A stretch of 64,000 bases of DNA from Candidatus Competibacteraceae bacterium. Lineage in GTDB: Bacteria; Pseudomonadota; Gammaproteobacteria; Competibacterales; Competibacteraceae. The stretch covers positions 810-64,809 of the forward strand of contig JAGRHQ010000001.1 of the NCBI GenBank assembly GCA_020444905.1, in the 5' to 3' direction. Of the stretch, positions 18,773-28,500 are shown piece by piece. Within the stretch, counting starts at the first letter, position 1; each line of letters starts with the position of its first letter. Below the pieces are notes generated by a model that was given only the letters and a program-made list of their open reading frames with translations, made no database searches and had not been told where the DNA came from. A program made the translations under genes and the position numbers.

Positions 18773-19251
18773 GAACGCTCTCTCCTTACTGATATCGGAC
18801 GCCGCGGCTGAACCAGCGGCGACGGGAGCTTGAAGGCCCGCCCGGATGAGGGGGCAGGCCGGGTGAAAACCGGGTGACGTTTTGGAAGGGAATAACCAGG
18901 ATTTTGATATTTTTCATATTTTTTATTCAGATAGACGGCAGGCGAGATTGCAAACCGTGAAAATCAGTTTCGCCGATTATAATAAGGTTTTTAGGCGATC
19001 AACGCTATGCGCCCCTGGATATTTTCACTCAGCCAAGCGCAAAAAAACATCGAATCCGATTCCAGCGTTAGTCTGGTTCTGGATTGTCAAAGACTATAAT
19101 GATCGCTTGTTTTCTTTCCCCCGAATTATTGTCATTCCATATTGGAAACCAGGTTCATTTATGATCAACCTATTGTTATTCTTGTGAAATATTAAATCTA
19201 ATGCCTGAAACCTCTCTACAGGCCCGCCCTACTACATACTTTCGAGGCGCG

Positions 19252-21066
19252 ATGAACATTCCGCAGAATAGCCTGGTGCTGTACAAGAACGGTCCAGCCC
19301 GAGTTGCCGAACTCGGCGACAAGCTGGACATTGAACTGGAGGATGGCCGATCGCTCAGAGTCCGGCTCAAGGATGTTCTGTTACTGCATCCAGGTCCAGT
19401 GCGTAACTTGAGCGAATTGACGATGCCGGCTGGCGAGGTTGAAGCGGCTTGCGAGTTGCTGGACGGCGGCCAGACGACTTTGCCGGAATTAGCGGAATTG
19501 ATTTATGGCGCTTATACCCCGTCAGCCGCCTGGTCGACCTGGCGATTGGTGGATGAAGGACTGTATTTCCAGGGAACGCCGGAAGCGATCAATGTCCGAC
19601 CTCTGGCGGAAGTCGAGCAGGAACGGGCGATTCGGGAGGCGAAAGCCGCTGAACGGGAAGCATGGAATGGCTTTTTACAGCGGGCGCGAGCAGGTCGCTG
19701 TAGTTCGGAGGACGCCGCTTATTTACAGGAAATCGAGGAAGTAGCCTGGGGGCAGCGTGAGCAAAGCCGGGTCTTGCAAGCGCTCGATTGCCAACAGCAT
19801 CCCGGCAGCGCCCATGCCCTGCTTTTACGGCTCAATCACTGGAGCGAGTCGATCAATCCCTGGCCGCGCCGGATCGGCGCGATTCTGGAACCGCCCGCTA
19901 TTCCCTTGCCTGATCCACCGCATGAATCGCGCCTGGATTTGACGGGATTACCCGCTTTCGCCATTGACGATGAAGGGAATCGCGACCCTGACGATGCGCT
20001 AAGTCTGGATGGCGACCGCTTATGGGTGCATGTCGCCGACGCCACGGTGCTGGCGCCGCCCGGCAGTCCCGCCGATGAAGAGGCGCGCGCGCGCGGCGCA
20101 ACCCTGTATTTGCCGGAAATGACGATTCCCATGCTACCAACGGCGGCGATTGAACAGTTGGGGTTGGGACTGGCCGAAATTTCGCCGGCGCTGTCTTTTG
20201 GTCTGAATCTCGATGCGGAAGGCAAGGTCACTGACGTGGAGATTGCGCCGACCTGGGTGCGCGTCCAGCGGGTGAGTTATCAGGAGGTCGAGCAGCGACT
20301 GGACGAGGAGCCGTTTCGCACCCTGCATGAACTGGCTCAGCGGCATCGGCATCGCCGCCAGGCGAATGGAGCCATCTTTATTGACCTGCCGGAAGTGAAA
20401 ATCACTGTGTCCGATGGGCGGGTGAGAGTGGAGCCGCTGACCCGCTTGCGGAGTCGCTTGCTGGTCGCCGAGGCTATGTTGATGGCCGGGGAGGCGGCGG
20501 CCCGCTTTGCCCTGGAGCGTGAATTGCCGTTTCCATTCACGACCCAGGATATCGTGGCCAATGTGGCGGAACGTGAACCGTCCAGCCTGGCGGCGATGCA
20601 TACCCTCCGCCGCAGCCTGCGCCCCCGTCAGTACAGCAGTCAGCCGAGTCCACACGGCGGGTTGGGGCTGGAGGTTTACGCCCAGGTGACCAGCCCGTTG
20701 CGCCGTTACCTGGATCTGGTGGCGCATCAACAGTTGCGCGCCTTTCTGCGCGATGGCGAGTTGCTGGACGCTCAGGCGATTGTGGCGCGGGTTGGCGCGG
20801 CGGAACTGGCCGCGCAAGGCGTGCGCCGGGCTGAACGATTGTCCCGCGAACACTGGACCTTGGCCTATCTGCAACAGCATCCGGGCTGGAAGGGTGAAGG
20901 CGTGTTGGTGGAAAAGCGAGCGCCACGGGGTTCGGTGCTGATTCCACCGTTGGCGCTGGAGGCGCGCGTGAAAGTCAGCGAGAACGTTGCGCCAGATAGT
21001 GTATTGCCGTTGCGGTTAACTGGCGTCGATTTACCGGCGCGCGAAGCGTATTTCCGGGTGGGTTGA
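19252..21066 (+). CDS. RNB-domain 3'-5' exoribonuclease (RNase II/R family)
   Basis: RNB catalytic motifs AFAIDDEGNRDPDDALS, LWVHVADA, TLYLPEMTIPMLP and TSPLRRYLDLVAHQQL. The start was moved from ATG 19201 to ATG 19252 (MNIPQNSLVLYK...), which has GAGG just upstream. Confidence 0.85.
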   Translation: MNIPQNSLVLYKNGPARVAELGDKLDIELEDGRSLRVRLKDVLLLHPGPVRNLSELTMPAGEVEAACELLDGGQTTLPELAELIYGAYTPSAAWSTWRLVDEGLYFQGTPEAINVRPLAEVEQERAIREAKAAEREAWNGFLQRARAGRCSSEDAAYLQEIEEVAWGQREQSRVLQALDCQQHPGSAHALLLRLNHWSESINPWPRRIGAILEPPAIPLPDPPHESRLDLTGLPAFAIDDEGNRDPDDALSLDGDRLWVHVADATVLAPPGSPADEEARARGATLYLPEMTIPMLPTAAIEQLGLGLAEISPALSFGLNLDAEGKVTDVEIAPTWVRVQRVSYQEVEQRLDEEPFRTLHELAQRHRHRRQANGAIFIDLPEVKITVSDGRVRVEPLTRLRSRLLVAEAMLMAGEAAARFALERELPFPFTTQDIVANVAEREPSSLAAMHTLRRSLRPRQYSSQPSPHGGLGLEVYAQVTSPLRRYLDLVAHQQLRAFLRDGELLDAQAIVARVGAAELAAQGVRRAERLSREHWTLAYLQQHPGWKGEGVLVEKRAPRGSVLIPPLALEARVKVSENVAPDSVLPLRLTGVDLPAREAYFRVG

Positions 21067-21067
21067 G

Positions 21068-21853
21068 TCAGGCATCCCGATTGCCATAAATCCGCGCGAT
21101 CGCCAGCGTAGCGTCGGCGTTTTTCTGTTTGGGGATGAGCAGTTCCGCCGGAAAATCGCGCCTGACCAGGCGTTCAGCACAGGCCAGCGCCGCCGCTTCT
21201 GCGACGCCATAACAACCGGTTTCCCGGAACACGATCTCGGATTTGCGGCTAAGCCGGTCGCTGTATTCGTTCAATACTGTTGCCGGATAGAAGCGGATCG
21301 GTAAGCTCAGTTCCGCTGCCAAGGCGTGCAGTCCGATTTCATCCTGTTTCAGCTCAATGCTGGCCAGGGCGGATAAATGACTGCGCTGCAAACCGTGACG
21401 GATTAGAGTCTCATCCAGCAACGCCAGCAGTGTTTCCAGAGGACAGCCGCGATTGCAACCGACACCGGCGACGAGTAGGGGCTGGGTATAGCGTTGCGCG
21501 CCAGTGATGACTGGTTGCGCACCGAGAAATTCAGCAACTTGTCGTGCCCACTCATTGGCGCCGCCTTCATGGCCGGACAGGATCGGCACTACGAATCGCC
21601 CATGTTCGTCCAGCACGAGCACGGCAGGGTCTTGATATTTGTCGCGTAACGCCGGCCCCAAGGTGCGCACGACAATGCCGACTGCGCACAGCAGGATCAG
21701 CCGGTGACCGGCCAGGAACCGGTCGCGGACGGTGTCCCGAAAGGGTTGCGGTCGATGGAGATGCTCGGCGTCCGGCATGAGCGCCCGCAAGCGTTCCGCC
21801 AGCGCCCGGCCTGGTTCGGTCAGACTGATGAGGGCAACGGGGCGATGGGTCAT
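21068..21853 (-). CDS. cbiG: Cobalt-precorrin-5A hydrolase CbiG
   Basis: LILLCAVGIVVRTLGP, VPILSGHEGGAN, VAGVGCNRG, FYPATVLN, VAEAAAL. The start overlaps the cbiL stop. Confidence 0.85.
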   Translation of the reverse strand: MTHRPVALISLTEPGRALAERLRALMPDAEHLHRPQPFRDTVRDRFLAGHRLILLCAVGIVVRTLGPALRDKYQDPAVLVLDEHGRFVVPILSGHEGGANEWARQVAEFLGAQPVITGAQRYTQPLLVAGVGCNRGCPLETLLALLDETLIRHGLQRSHLSALASIELKQDEIGLHALAAELSLPIRFYPATVLNEYSDRLSRKSEIVFRETGCYGVAEAAALACAERLVRRDFPAELLIPKQKNADATLAIARIYGNRDA

Positions 21854-22611
21854 CAGGCGTTCGGATTCGCAGGACGAATCACCAGAAACAACGCAAAATA
21901 AGGTCCTGGCGTGCTGGGAATCTCCTCGAAGCGCCTAACAATGCGCTGCGCTGGTCGGCTGGCTTGTTCGATGTACAGAGTATCTTCGGTGCGCCCCGTT
22001 TCCCTGAGCAGTTCCAGCAACCGGGGGCGATGCCGACCGGGTTTGAGAATCGCCACGCTGTCGCTGCTCAGCAACGCTTGCCGGATAACCTCATCGCCGG
22101 CGGTGGCGGGAATCACGGTTAACCGTTGTTCGCCGGTGATCAATGGGATCGCCGCCGCCGCGGCGCTGGCGCTGACCGAATTAATGCCGGGAATCACCAC
22201 GCAGGGAAAGCGGTCGCCGAGGCGGTGCAGCAGATAGCTGAAGCTGCCATAGAACAATGGATCGCCTTCGCAGAGAATTGCTACATCATGACCAGCGCTC
22301 AGTTCGTCAGCGATAACAACAGCCGCTTCGTCGTAACCCTGATTCACCGGCCCGCGATCCAGCATACAGGGCATGGTAATCGGAATTTCCCGTTTGCCCT
22401 CCAGCCACTGCGCGGCGATGTCGCGGGCCTGGGCACTGCCTTGCGGCGTCGCGGGGTAGGCAACGACCGGGACGCTTCGCAGAATCCGCACCGCTTTGAG
22501 CGTCAACAACTCCGGGTCGCCGGGACCCACGCCAACGCCGTAAAGACAACCGCTCCCCTCGCCCGTTGGCGGGAGAGGGGCTGGGGGTGAGGGGGGAGCG
22601 ACGTTGTTCAT
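21853..22611 (-). CDS. cbiL: (Cobalt-)precorrin-2 C20-methyltransferase CbiL/CobI
   Basis: LYGVGVGPGDPELLTLKA, AILCEGDPLFYGSF, VIPGINS. The start was trimmed to ATG 22611, an ATGA overlap with the upstream stop. Confidence 0.88.
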   Translation of the reverse strand: MNNVAPPSPPAPLPPTGEGSGCLYGVGVGPGDPELLTLKAVRILRSVPVVAYPATPQGSAQARDIAAQWLEGKREIPITMPCMLDRGPVNQGYDEAAVVIADELSAGHDVAILCEGDPLFYGSFSYLLHRLGDRFPCVVIPGINSVSASAAAAAIPLITGEQRLTVIPATAGDEVIRQALLSSDSVAILKPGRHRPRLLELLRETGRTEDTLYIEQASRPAQRIVRRFEEIPSTPGPYFALFLVIRPANPNA

Positions 22612-23855
22612 CCCGTTTTCTCCATCTTCATCAGCAATACGGGTAAATAGGGACGCATCACGCGCTGACCGGCCAATCGCTCGCCACGGGCGATGCTCAG
22701 TTCCGTCCATTCTGCCGATTGGTCACCGGCGAAGCCATGCAAATCGACCCGGCTATCCTCAGTGACCGCGCTGGCGACCAGTCGTCCACCGGGTTGTAGC
22801 CGCGCCCAGACTGCTTCCAACATCGCGCGCAGGTTGCCGCTGCTGCCGCCGATGAATACGGCTTGTGGGTTCGGTAACTCGGCCAACGCCTCCGGCGCGA
22901 CGCCTGAAGTGATATGCAGGTTATTCACCACGCCGAACCGCTCGCGGTTAATGCCAAGATGCTCCAGCCGCTCCGGGTGACATTCGATAGCGTACACCTC
23001 ACCGTGTGGATTCCAGCACGCCCATTCTACGGATACGCCGCCGCAACCCGCGCCCACGTCCCAACCGATGTCGCCCGCGCGGGGACTGAGCAACGAGAGA
23101 ATGGTCAAACGCACTTCGCGCTTGCTTAATAAACCCTTGCCCGGTTCGGCGCCCGTGCTGAATCGTTCGTCGGGAATTCCGGGAAATTCTGGTAAAACAC
23201 TGCCTGGCCCACGGGTTTCCAGAATGACGACATTCAGCGGTGAAACCTCGATCTCCATTCCAGCCAGATCATGCGCTTGAAAATGTCGGAACCGCTCGCC
23301 GGGCATCCCCAAATCCTCAGCGACCCACAGATTGGATTCGCCAAAACCGGCGTCAACCAATAATTGAGCAATGGCTGTGGGCGAATTTTCCCGGTCGGTC
23401 AGCAGCGCATAGAATCGGTTGCCTTGCAGGACGGCGCGCAAACTAGCCAGCGGTCGTCCGTGCAGGCTCACCATCTGCGCCTGTTGCCAAGGTCGACCCA
23501 AGCGGGCGAAGGCGGCTTGCACGCTGGAAATGTTTGGATGAAAAATCAGATGTTTGGGTGAAAAATGGCGGAGCAGGGTAGAACTAATGCCATAAAACAG
23601 CGGATCGCCTGAAGCCAATAACGCAATGCGCCGCTCGGCATGATTCAGCAGCAGGTCGCGAAGGCCGCTCATCGGGCTGGGGTAGGGGATTTTCCTGGCA
23701 GCCAATTCAGGGAAAGTCGCCAAATGCGCCGCAGAGCCAATAATCAATTCCGCCTGCTCCAGCGCCGCCCGCGCCGAGGCGCTCAACCCGCCAGGCTCAA
23801 TACCCATGCCGATGACATGAATGGGCGGGCCAGGCCAGTTCGATAGCTCGATCAT
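22608..23855 (-). CDS. cbiET: Precorrin-6Y C5,15-methyltransferase (decarboxylating), fused CbiE+CbiT (CobL)
   Basis: IHVIGMGIEPGGLS, ALLASGDPLFYG, and a C-terminal SAM-MTase motif DVGAGCGGVSVE. The start was trimmed to ATG 23855 and overlaps the cbiC stop. Confidence 0.88.
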   Translation of the reverse strand: MIELSNWPGPPIHVIGMGIEPGGLSASARAALEQAELIIGSAAHLATFPELAARKIPYPSPMSGLRDLLLNHAERRIALLASGDPLFYGISSTLLRHFSPKHLIFHPNISSVQAAFARLGRPWQQAQMVSLHGRPLASLRAVLQGNRFYALLTDRENSPTAIAQLLVDAGFGESNLWVAEDLGMPGERFRHFQAHDLAGMEIEVSPLNVVILETRGPGSVLPEFPGIPDERFSTGAEPGKGLLSKREVRLTILSLLSPRAGDIGWDVGAGCGGVSVEWACWNPHGEVYAIECHPERLEHLGINRERFGVVNNLHITSGVAPEALAELPNPQAVFIGGSSGNLRAMLEAVWARLQPGGRLVASAVTEDSRVDLHGFAGDQSAEWTELSIARGERLAGQRVMRPYLPVLLMKMEKTG

Positions 23856-24508
23856 CAGAAACGAATTCCATTGGCCATACGCGCCAGGGCGTTGAGTGTT
23901 GCCGCCGCCAGACTGCTGCCGCCGCGCCGACCGAGCAAAGTGATGCAGGGCGTTTGAAACTCGCTGGGCGCAACATCCCACATCGCCTGTTTGGATTCAG
24001 CCGCGTTGATGAAACCGACCGGCATCCCGATGATCAGCGCCGGACGGGGCGCACCTTCGTCCAGCAGATCCAGCAGGCGGAATAAGGCGGTTGGGGCGTT
24101 GCCGATGGCGACGATGGAACCGGCCAAGTGCAACGGCCATTCGCTCATGGCGACCATGCTGCGCGTTTCCCCGGTTTGGCGGGCGCGTTCGGCGACCGTC
24201 GGCGAATTCAGGAAGCAATGCACCTGACCTTTGAGATAGCGCTTGCTGATGCCATGGCTGACCATTTCGATATCACACAACACATTCGCGCTTTGTTGCA
24301 GGGCGGCGAGTCCTGCCTCGACCGCGCCGGGACTGAAATACAGATCGTGGACAATGCCCGGATCGCCGGAGGTATGCACCAGACGCATGGCGACTTGTTG
24401 CTGGTCGGGATCGAAGCACGATAGATCGGTCAGTTGACGAATTTGCGCGAATGACTGGCGCTCGATTTCATCAGGATCGCGAAGATAGTCAAAACGGGGC
24501 ATGGGCAT
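23855..24508 (-). CDS. cbiC: (Cobalt-)precorrin-8 methylmutase CbiC/CobH
   Basis: MPMPRFDYLRDPDEIERQSF, VHTSGDP, VAIGNAPTAL, IIGMPVGFINAAESK. The start was trimmed to ATG 24508 or 24502. Confidence 0.88.
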   Translation of the reverse strand: MPMPRFDYLRDPDEIERQSFAQIRQLTDLSCFDPDQQQVAMRLVHTSGDPGIVHDLYFSPGAVEAGLAALQQSANVLCDIEMVSHGISKRYLKGQVHCFLNSPTVAERARQTGETRSMVAMSEWPLHLAGSIVAIGNAPTALFRLLDLLDEGAPRPALIIGMPVGFINAAESKQAMWDVAPSEFQTPCITLLGRRGGSSLAAATLNALARMANGIRF

Positions 24509-24551
24509 CAGGCTCAAGGTTGAAGGCGAAAGGCGAAAGAGAGCGGCTTGG

Positions 24552-25415
24552 CTAATCCGCGGTCTGCGGCGCGCCCTGCCAGTCTTCGCGACCGACAATC
24601 GGCGTCCGGTAGGGGCAGAATTGGCAATTCATGTGCGCTGCGCCGCGCTCGGCTTCGGCCAGCCGTTCCACGAAGGTGGCCACGATCAGCGGATGCGCGT
24701 TCAGATAAGGCGCCATCAATGCGCGCACATCAGGATGACGGCTTTGATAATCGGCAACGGTGGCCTGCACTTGTTCGATCAGCCGACCCGTGAACAGCAG
24801 ATAGGGGAAGACAATCGTCTGCTTAAAGCCAAGGCGGTGCGTTCGCTCCAGCGCATCCGCCATCAGCGGCAGAGCTACGGCGGTGTAGGCGGTTTCCGCC
24901 CAGCCAAAACCCATGCCTTCCCATAAAATGCGGGTGATCTTGCTGATGTTGGAATTGGCGTCAGGATCGGAGCCGCCGCGTCCGATGACCATCAGCAGCG
25001 TGTCCCTGCGGTCGTAACCCAGCCCAAAGTCAGCCTCAATGCTTTCGATCCGTTCGCGGGCGACTTGCAACAGGTTCGGATGAATCCCCAAATCCGCGCC
25101 AAAGGTGATTTGAACGTCGGGATGTTCAGCCTGGAAGTTGTGAAGTAGCGCCGGAATGTCATTTTTGATATGGCCGGCGGCCATCAGCAGCGCAGGCAGG
25201 GCGGTAATGTGGCGGAAACCTTGTTGTCGCAGTATCTCCAGCGCTTGCGGGATGCCGGGATCAACCAGTTCCAAAAAGGCGGACAGGCAGGTTCGGTCAG
25301 GAAGAACCTGCTGCAACTGATGGGCTAAATTCTGAAATTCCGCGACGCCGGCAGCGCGCCGGGTGCCGTGGCCAATCAGTAGTACGGCGGAAGAGGATGA
25401 TAGCGTTTGATCCAC
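24552..25415 (-). CDS. cbiX: Sirohydrochlorin cobaltochelatase CbiX, long form with a C-terminal Cys motif
   Basis: Two CbiX repeats (LLIGHGTR... and LMVIGRGGSDPDAN...) and a C-terminal HMNCQFCPY (MxCxxC). GTG start at 25415. Confidence 0.85.
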   Translation of the reverse strand: MDQTLSSSSAVLLIGHGTRRAAGVAEFQNLAHQLQQVLPDRTCLSAFLELVDPGIPQALEILRQQGFRHITALPALLMAAGHIKNDIPALLHNFQAEHPDVQITFGADLGIHPNLLQVARERIESIEADFGLGYDRRDTLLMVIGRGGSDPDANSNISKITRILWEGMGFGWAETAYTAVALPLMADALERTHRLGFKQTIVFPYLLFTGRLIEQVQATVADYQSRHPDVRALMAPYLNAHPLIVATFVERLAEAERGAAHMNCQFCPYRTPIVGREDWQGAPQTAD

Positions 25416-25517
25416 TGGAAATAGACGCCTTGGGTTCGGAAATCGGAAACAGGAACAAGCAGGATGGAATTATAGGCTTAAACCGGATCGAAAGGGCCGC
25501 GGCCTTTGAGAGTCTAG

Positions 25518-25549
25518 ACAAAAACTCCCCTCTCTCGATGAGAGAGGGG
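25518..25549 (-). terminator. Rho-independent terminator of the subtilase gene
   Basis: The minus strand reads CCCCTCTCTC-atc-GAGAGAGGGG followed by AGTTTTTG. It begins 20 nt after the stop at 25569. Confidence 0.8.
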
Positions 25550-25568
25550 TTGGAGATGAGGGCTTCGT

Positions 25569-28500
25569 CTAAAGCCCGAGCGCCCGCATGAAATCGGTAA
25601 ATTCCTGGGAAAACAGGAACCCGGCCATCGCCTCATTTCGCGTAACGCCACTTGCCAACTGTTCCAGCCAGAACGTCAATCCACCCGCTTCCGGCTCACG
25701 TTGAAAGAAGGTGAGATACAGGTTAGTGATGAATTCGACGTTGCTGGTATTCCGGTTCAGATATTCAGAACTGTTGAAGAAAAAGCTCGCCATATCCCGA
25801 AACACTGGCTTCACATCCAAACCTTGCGCTCGTTTTTCAGCAATTAACTGTTGCCAGAAAACCAGCCCGTCCGGTTCGGGCTGGCGGCGCAGAATAGAGA
25901 CATAATAGTGGGTGATAAGCGTCGTCGCGGCGTCCCCACTGCTGACCACTGGCAAGGATACGCTATCGATCCAGGCGGCGTCGCTGCCCAGGGCTACCGA
26001 CTCATCCTTTTCATAAGCCCAGCGCAAGGTATGGAAGCCTGCTGTCAATGGGAAACTAACCGATCGCTGACCCTCGCCGCTCCAGCCATTCTGTTCAATC
26101 CCATCAATAGAGAACGTCAACCAGTCATAGTCGATTTCACTCGAAATGTAGAAGGTAAAACTAACCACGCCTGCTTGAAAATTGCCGCTGATTTCCACCT
26201 GGGACTGCTGGTTGTCGCGAATCGCCCCGGAACGCAAGCTATACCGCCCCTCTTCGGCCCAGTCGCTGGCAAGGCTCCAATCTACGCTGGAGGTGACCGG
26301 CGTCGTCCAGCCAACGGGCCAGACCCCATTGCGCGGAAAGACCTCGGCGCTGGCGGTCGTGCTGAAGATCGCCGTCGCGTTCCGGTCGGTATCCAAAGTA
26401 ATCAGACAACTCCCGGCGCTGGCGGCGCAGTCGCCATTCCAACCGATAAAAGTAGAACCCGGATCGGGAACTGCGGTCAGCGTCACTACTGCGCCAGTGG
26501 GAAAATTGACATTGCACTGGCTGCCGCAATCAATGCCGACCGGGTTGCTGCTGACCTTGCCGGCTCCCGTACCCGTTCGGGTCACCACTAGCGAAGAGAC
26601 GCTGTTGGCAATGGCGATGACGTTATCCGCGGGCAATCCATTGTTGGTTTCATCGCTTTCCGTGACTTCACTCCTGAAATCGGCATAAGCGCCCAGATAA
26701 TAGGTTCCTGGCGCCAGGGTCGAGGGAATGACGATTTCGCCGCTACAGGTATTAGTTGCGCCACCAGCCAGGCCCTCGTTGAAAGTACATCCCCAACCGG
26801 TATCCACATCGCCGGGAGCGATCGCTGCATCGCTCGACAGTAAAAAAGCCAGCCAAAAACTGCCCGCGGCGACATCGCCCTGATTAGTGACCGCTGCCGA
26901 TACTTCAATCGTTCCTCCCGGCATCCCATTAGCGGGACTGATGACTTGAGTCACGGTCAAATTGGGCTGGTTGCTCTGCGTCGGTGTAAAGGTCACCGCG
27001 TCGACCCAGCCAGCGTCCTCGCCCTCGGAAACCGACCCATCCTTGCGGTAGATCCATTGCGCTTGATGAACGCCCGCGCCGATGGTGACCGTTCGGGTTT
27101 CCCATCCTTGTATGCCGCTGATCTCAAACTGGGTTACGCCATCGACCTGGAATTCCACGAAGTCAAAATCTAGTTCCGATGAGACCCGCCACTGAAAGGT
27201 CAGGGTTCCCGGTCCGGTGATGGAAGTTTGCAGCACCGAACGCTGATCATCACCGATAGCGCCGCTGCGGGCCGCATCCCGATTGCTCAATTGCACGCCC
27301 TGCCAACCGGCGGCGCCCGTCGTGTTCCAATTCAGAGTGGTGTTATCCAGGGCCTCGCCCAGCGAGAGTGCGCTAACCGCGGTAAAAGCCGCTGTTACGT
27401 TGCGCGCCCCGTCCATACTCACCGCACAGGCAGCGGTTCCCGTACAGGCGCCGCTCCAACCGTCAAAGACCGATCCAGTATCCGGAATCGCCGTCAGATT
27501 CACCGTAGTTCCTTCAGCAAATTCAGCTTGACACTGGTTGCCGCAATTAATCCCCGCCGGGTTGCTGCTCACGGTACCGCTGCCTGCGCCGGCCTTGTCT
27601 ACCGTAAGTGGGTAAGCGGTGCGGTTGGCGGTAAAGGCGCTGAACAGGTCGATGCGCGGCTTGGTGACGCCATTCGCAGCATCGGTGACAGGAACGCCGG
27701 TGTTCGTGAGTCGAGCAATCGTGGCGTCCAATGACTCATTGGGATAAGCGGCGCGCAATACGGCAATCGCGCCAGCCACATGAGGCGTCGCCTGGGAAGT
27801 GCCGCTCATGCTAATGCCCGCCGCGGTAATCGTTGAGCCCGGCGCCAGTAGGGTCAGAAAACTGGCGCTGTTGGAGAAACAGGTGACCTGATCGGCCTGG
27901 GTGGGACGATCCGCACAGTCGCCCCAAGACCGGTTGCCTTGCGCGCTATCGTAGACCGCCCCCACGGAAACCGCCGCCGGAACGCAAGCCGGGCTGCCAA
28001 GGGCATCCTTGAGATTTTCGTTACCCGAGGCGATCGCGGCCAGAATGCCGGCGGCGCGAGCATTAGCAATAGGAGTGGCGAACAGATCATTGGCACAGGG
28101 CGAGGACGATTCGCCGCCGCCCAGACTGAGATTCATCGCCACGATGTTATAGGTATCCCGGTTGGCGATCGCCCAGTTGATCGCATCAATAATATCGTTC
28201 GAGTAAGCAAACCCGTCGCTTCGGAACACATCGAGAGCAGCGATCCGGGCGCTGGGCGCAACGCCCAGCACAATGCCCGCCACATTGGTGCCATGATCGT
28301 TATCATCCAGCGCTCCGTCGTCAGGCGCGAAATCCTGCGCGTAAACCACCTTGCAGACTCCGCCCGGCGCTGCGCAACTGCCGAAATCCTGTTTTGAATA
28401 ATCCACGCCAGTATCCAGCACGGCGACCGTCGCTCCGGCCCCGCCTCCGCCTTGAGCAATTACTTCCGGTTGCCGAATGAGGGGCAAGCTTTCCCGCAAC

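Noticed and set aside
18882-19187. 101-aa ORF in the pccB-RNase spacer
   Set aside because: It uses a non-ATG start and has no RBS. The composition is AT-driven and I see no motif. The region is treated as non-coding.
20134-20880. 248-aa minus-strand ORF inside the RNase gene. Similar shadow ORFs lie in recC (57554-60714), hypF (41133-43138), the S8 protease (25711-28397) and the ATP-grasp gene (38074-40379).
   Set aside because: Each overlaps, on the opposite strand or in another frame, a gene with strong family motifs. None has motifs of its own.
25416-25517. Looked for a cobalamin riboswitch or B12-box in the cbiX leader
   Set aside because: Only ~100 nt are available, and nothing resembles the B12-box core that I can recognise. 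This needs a covariance-model scan to be definitive.
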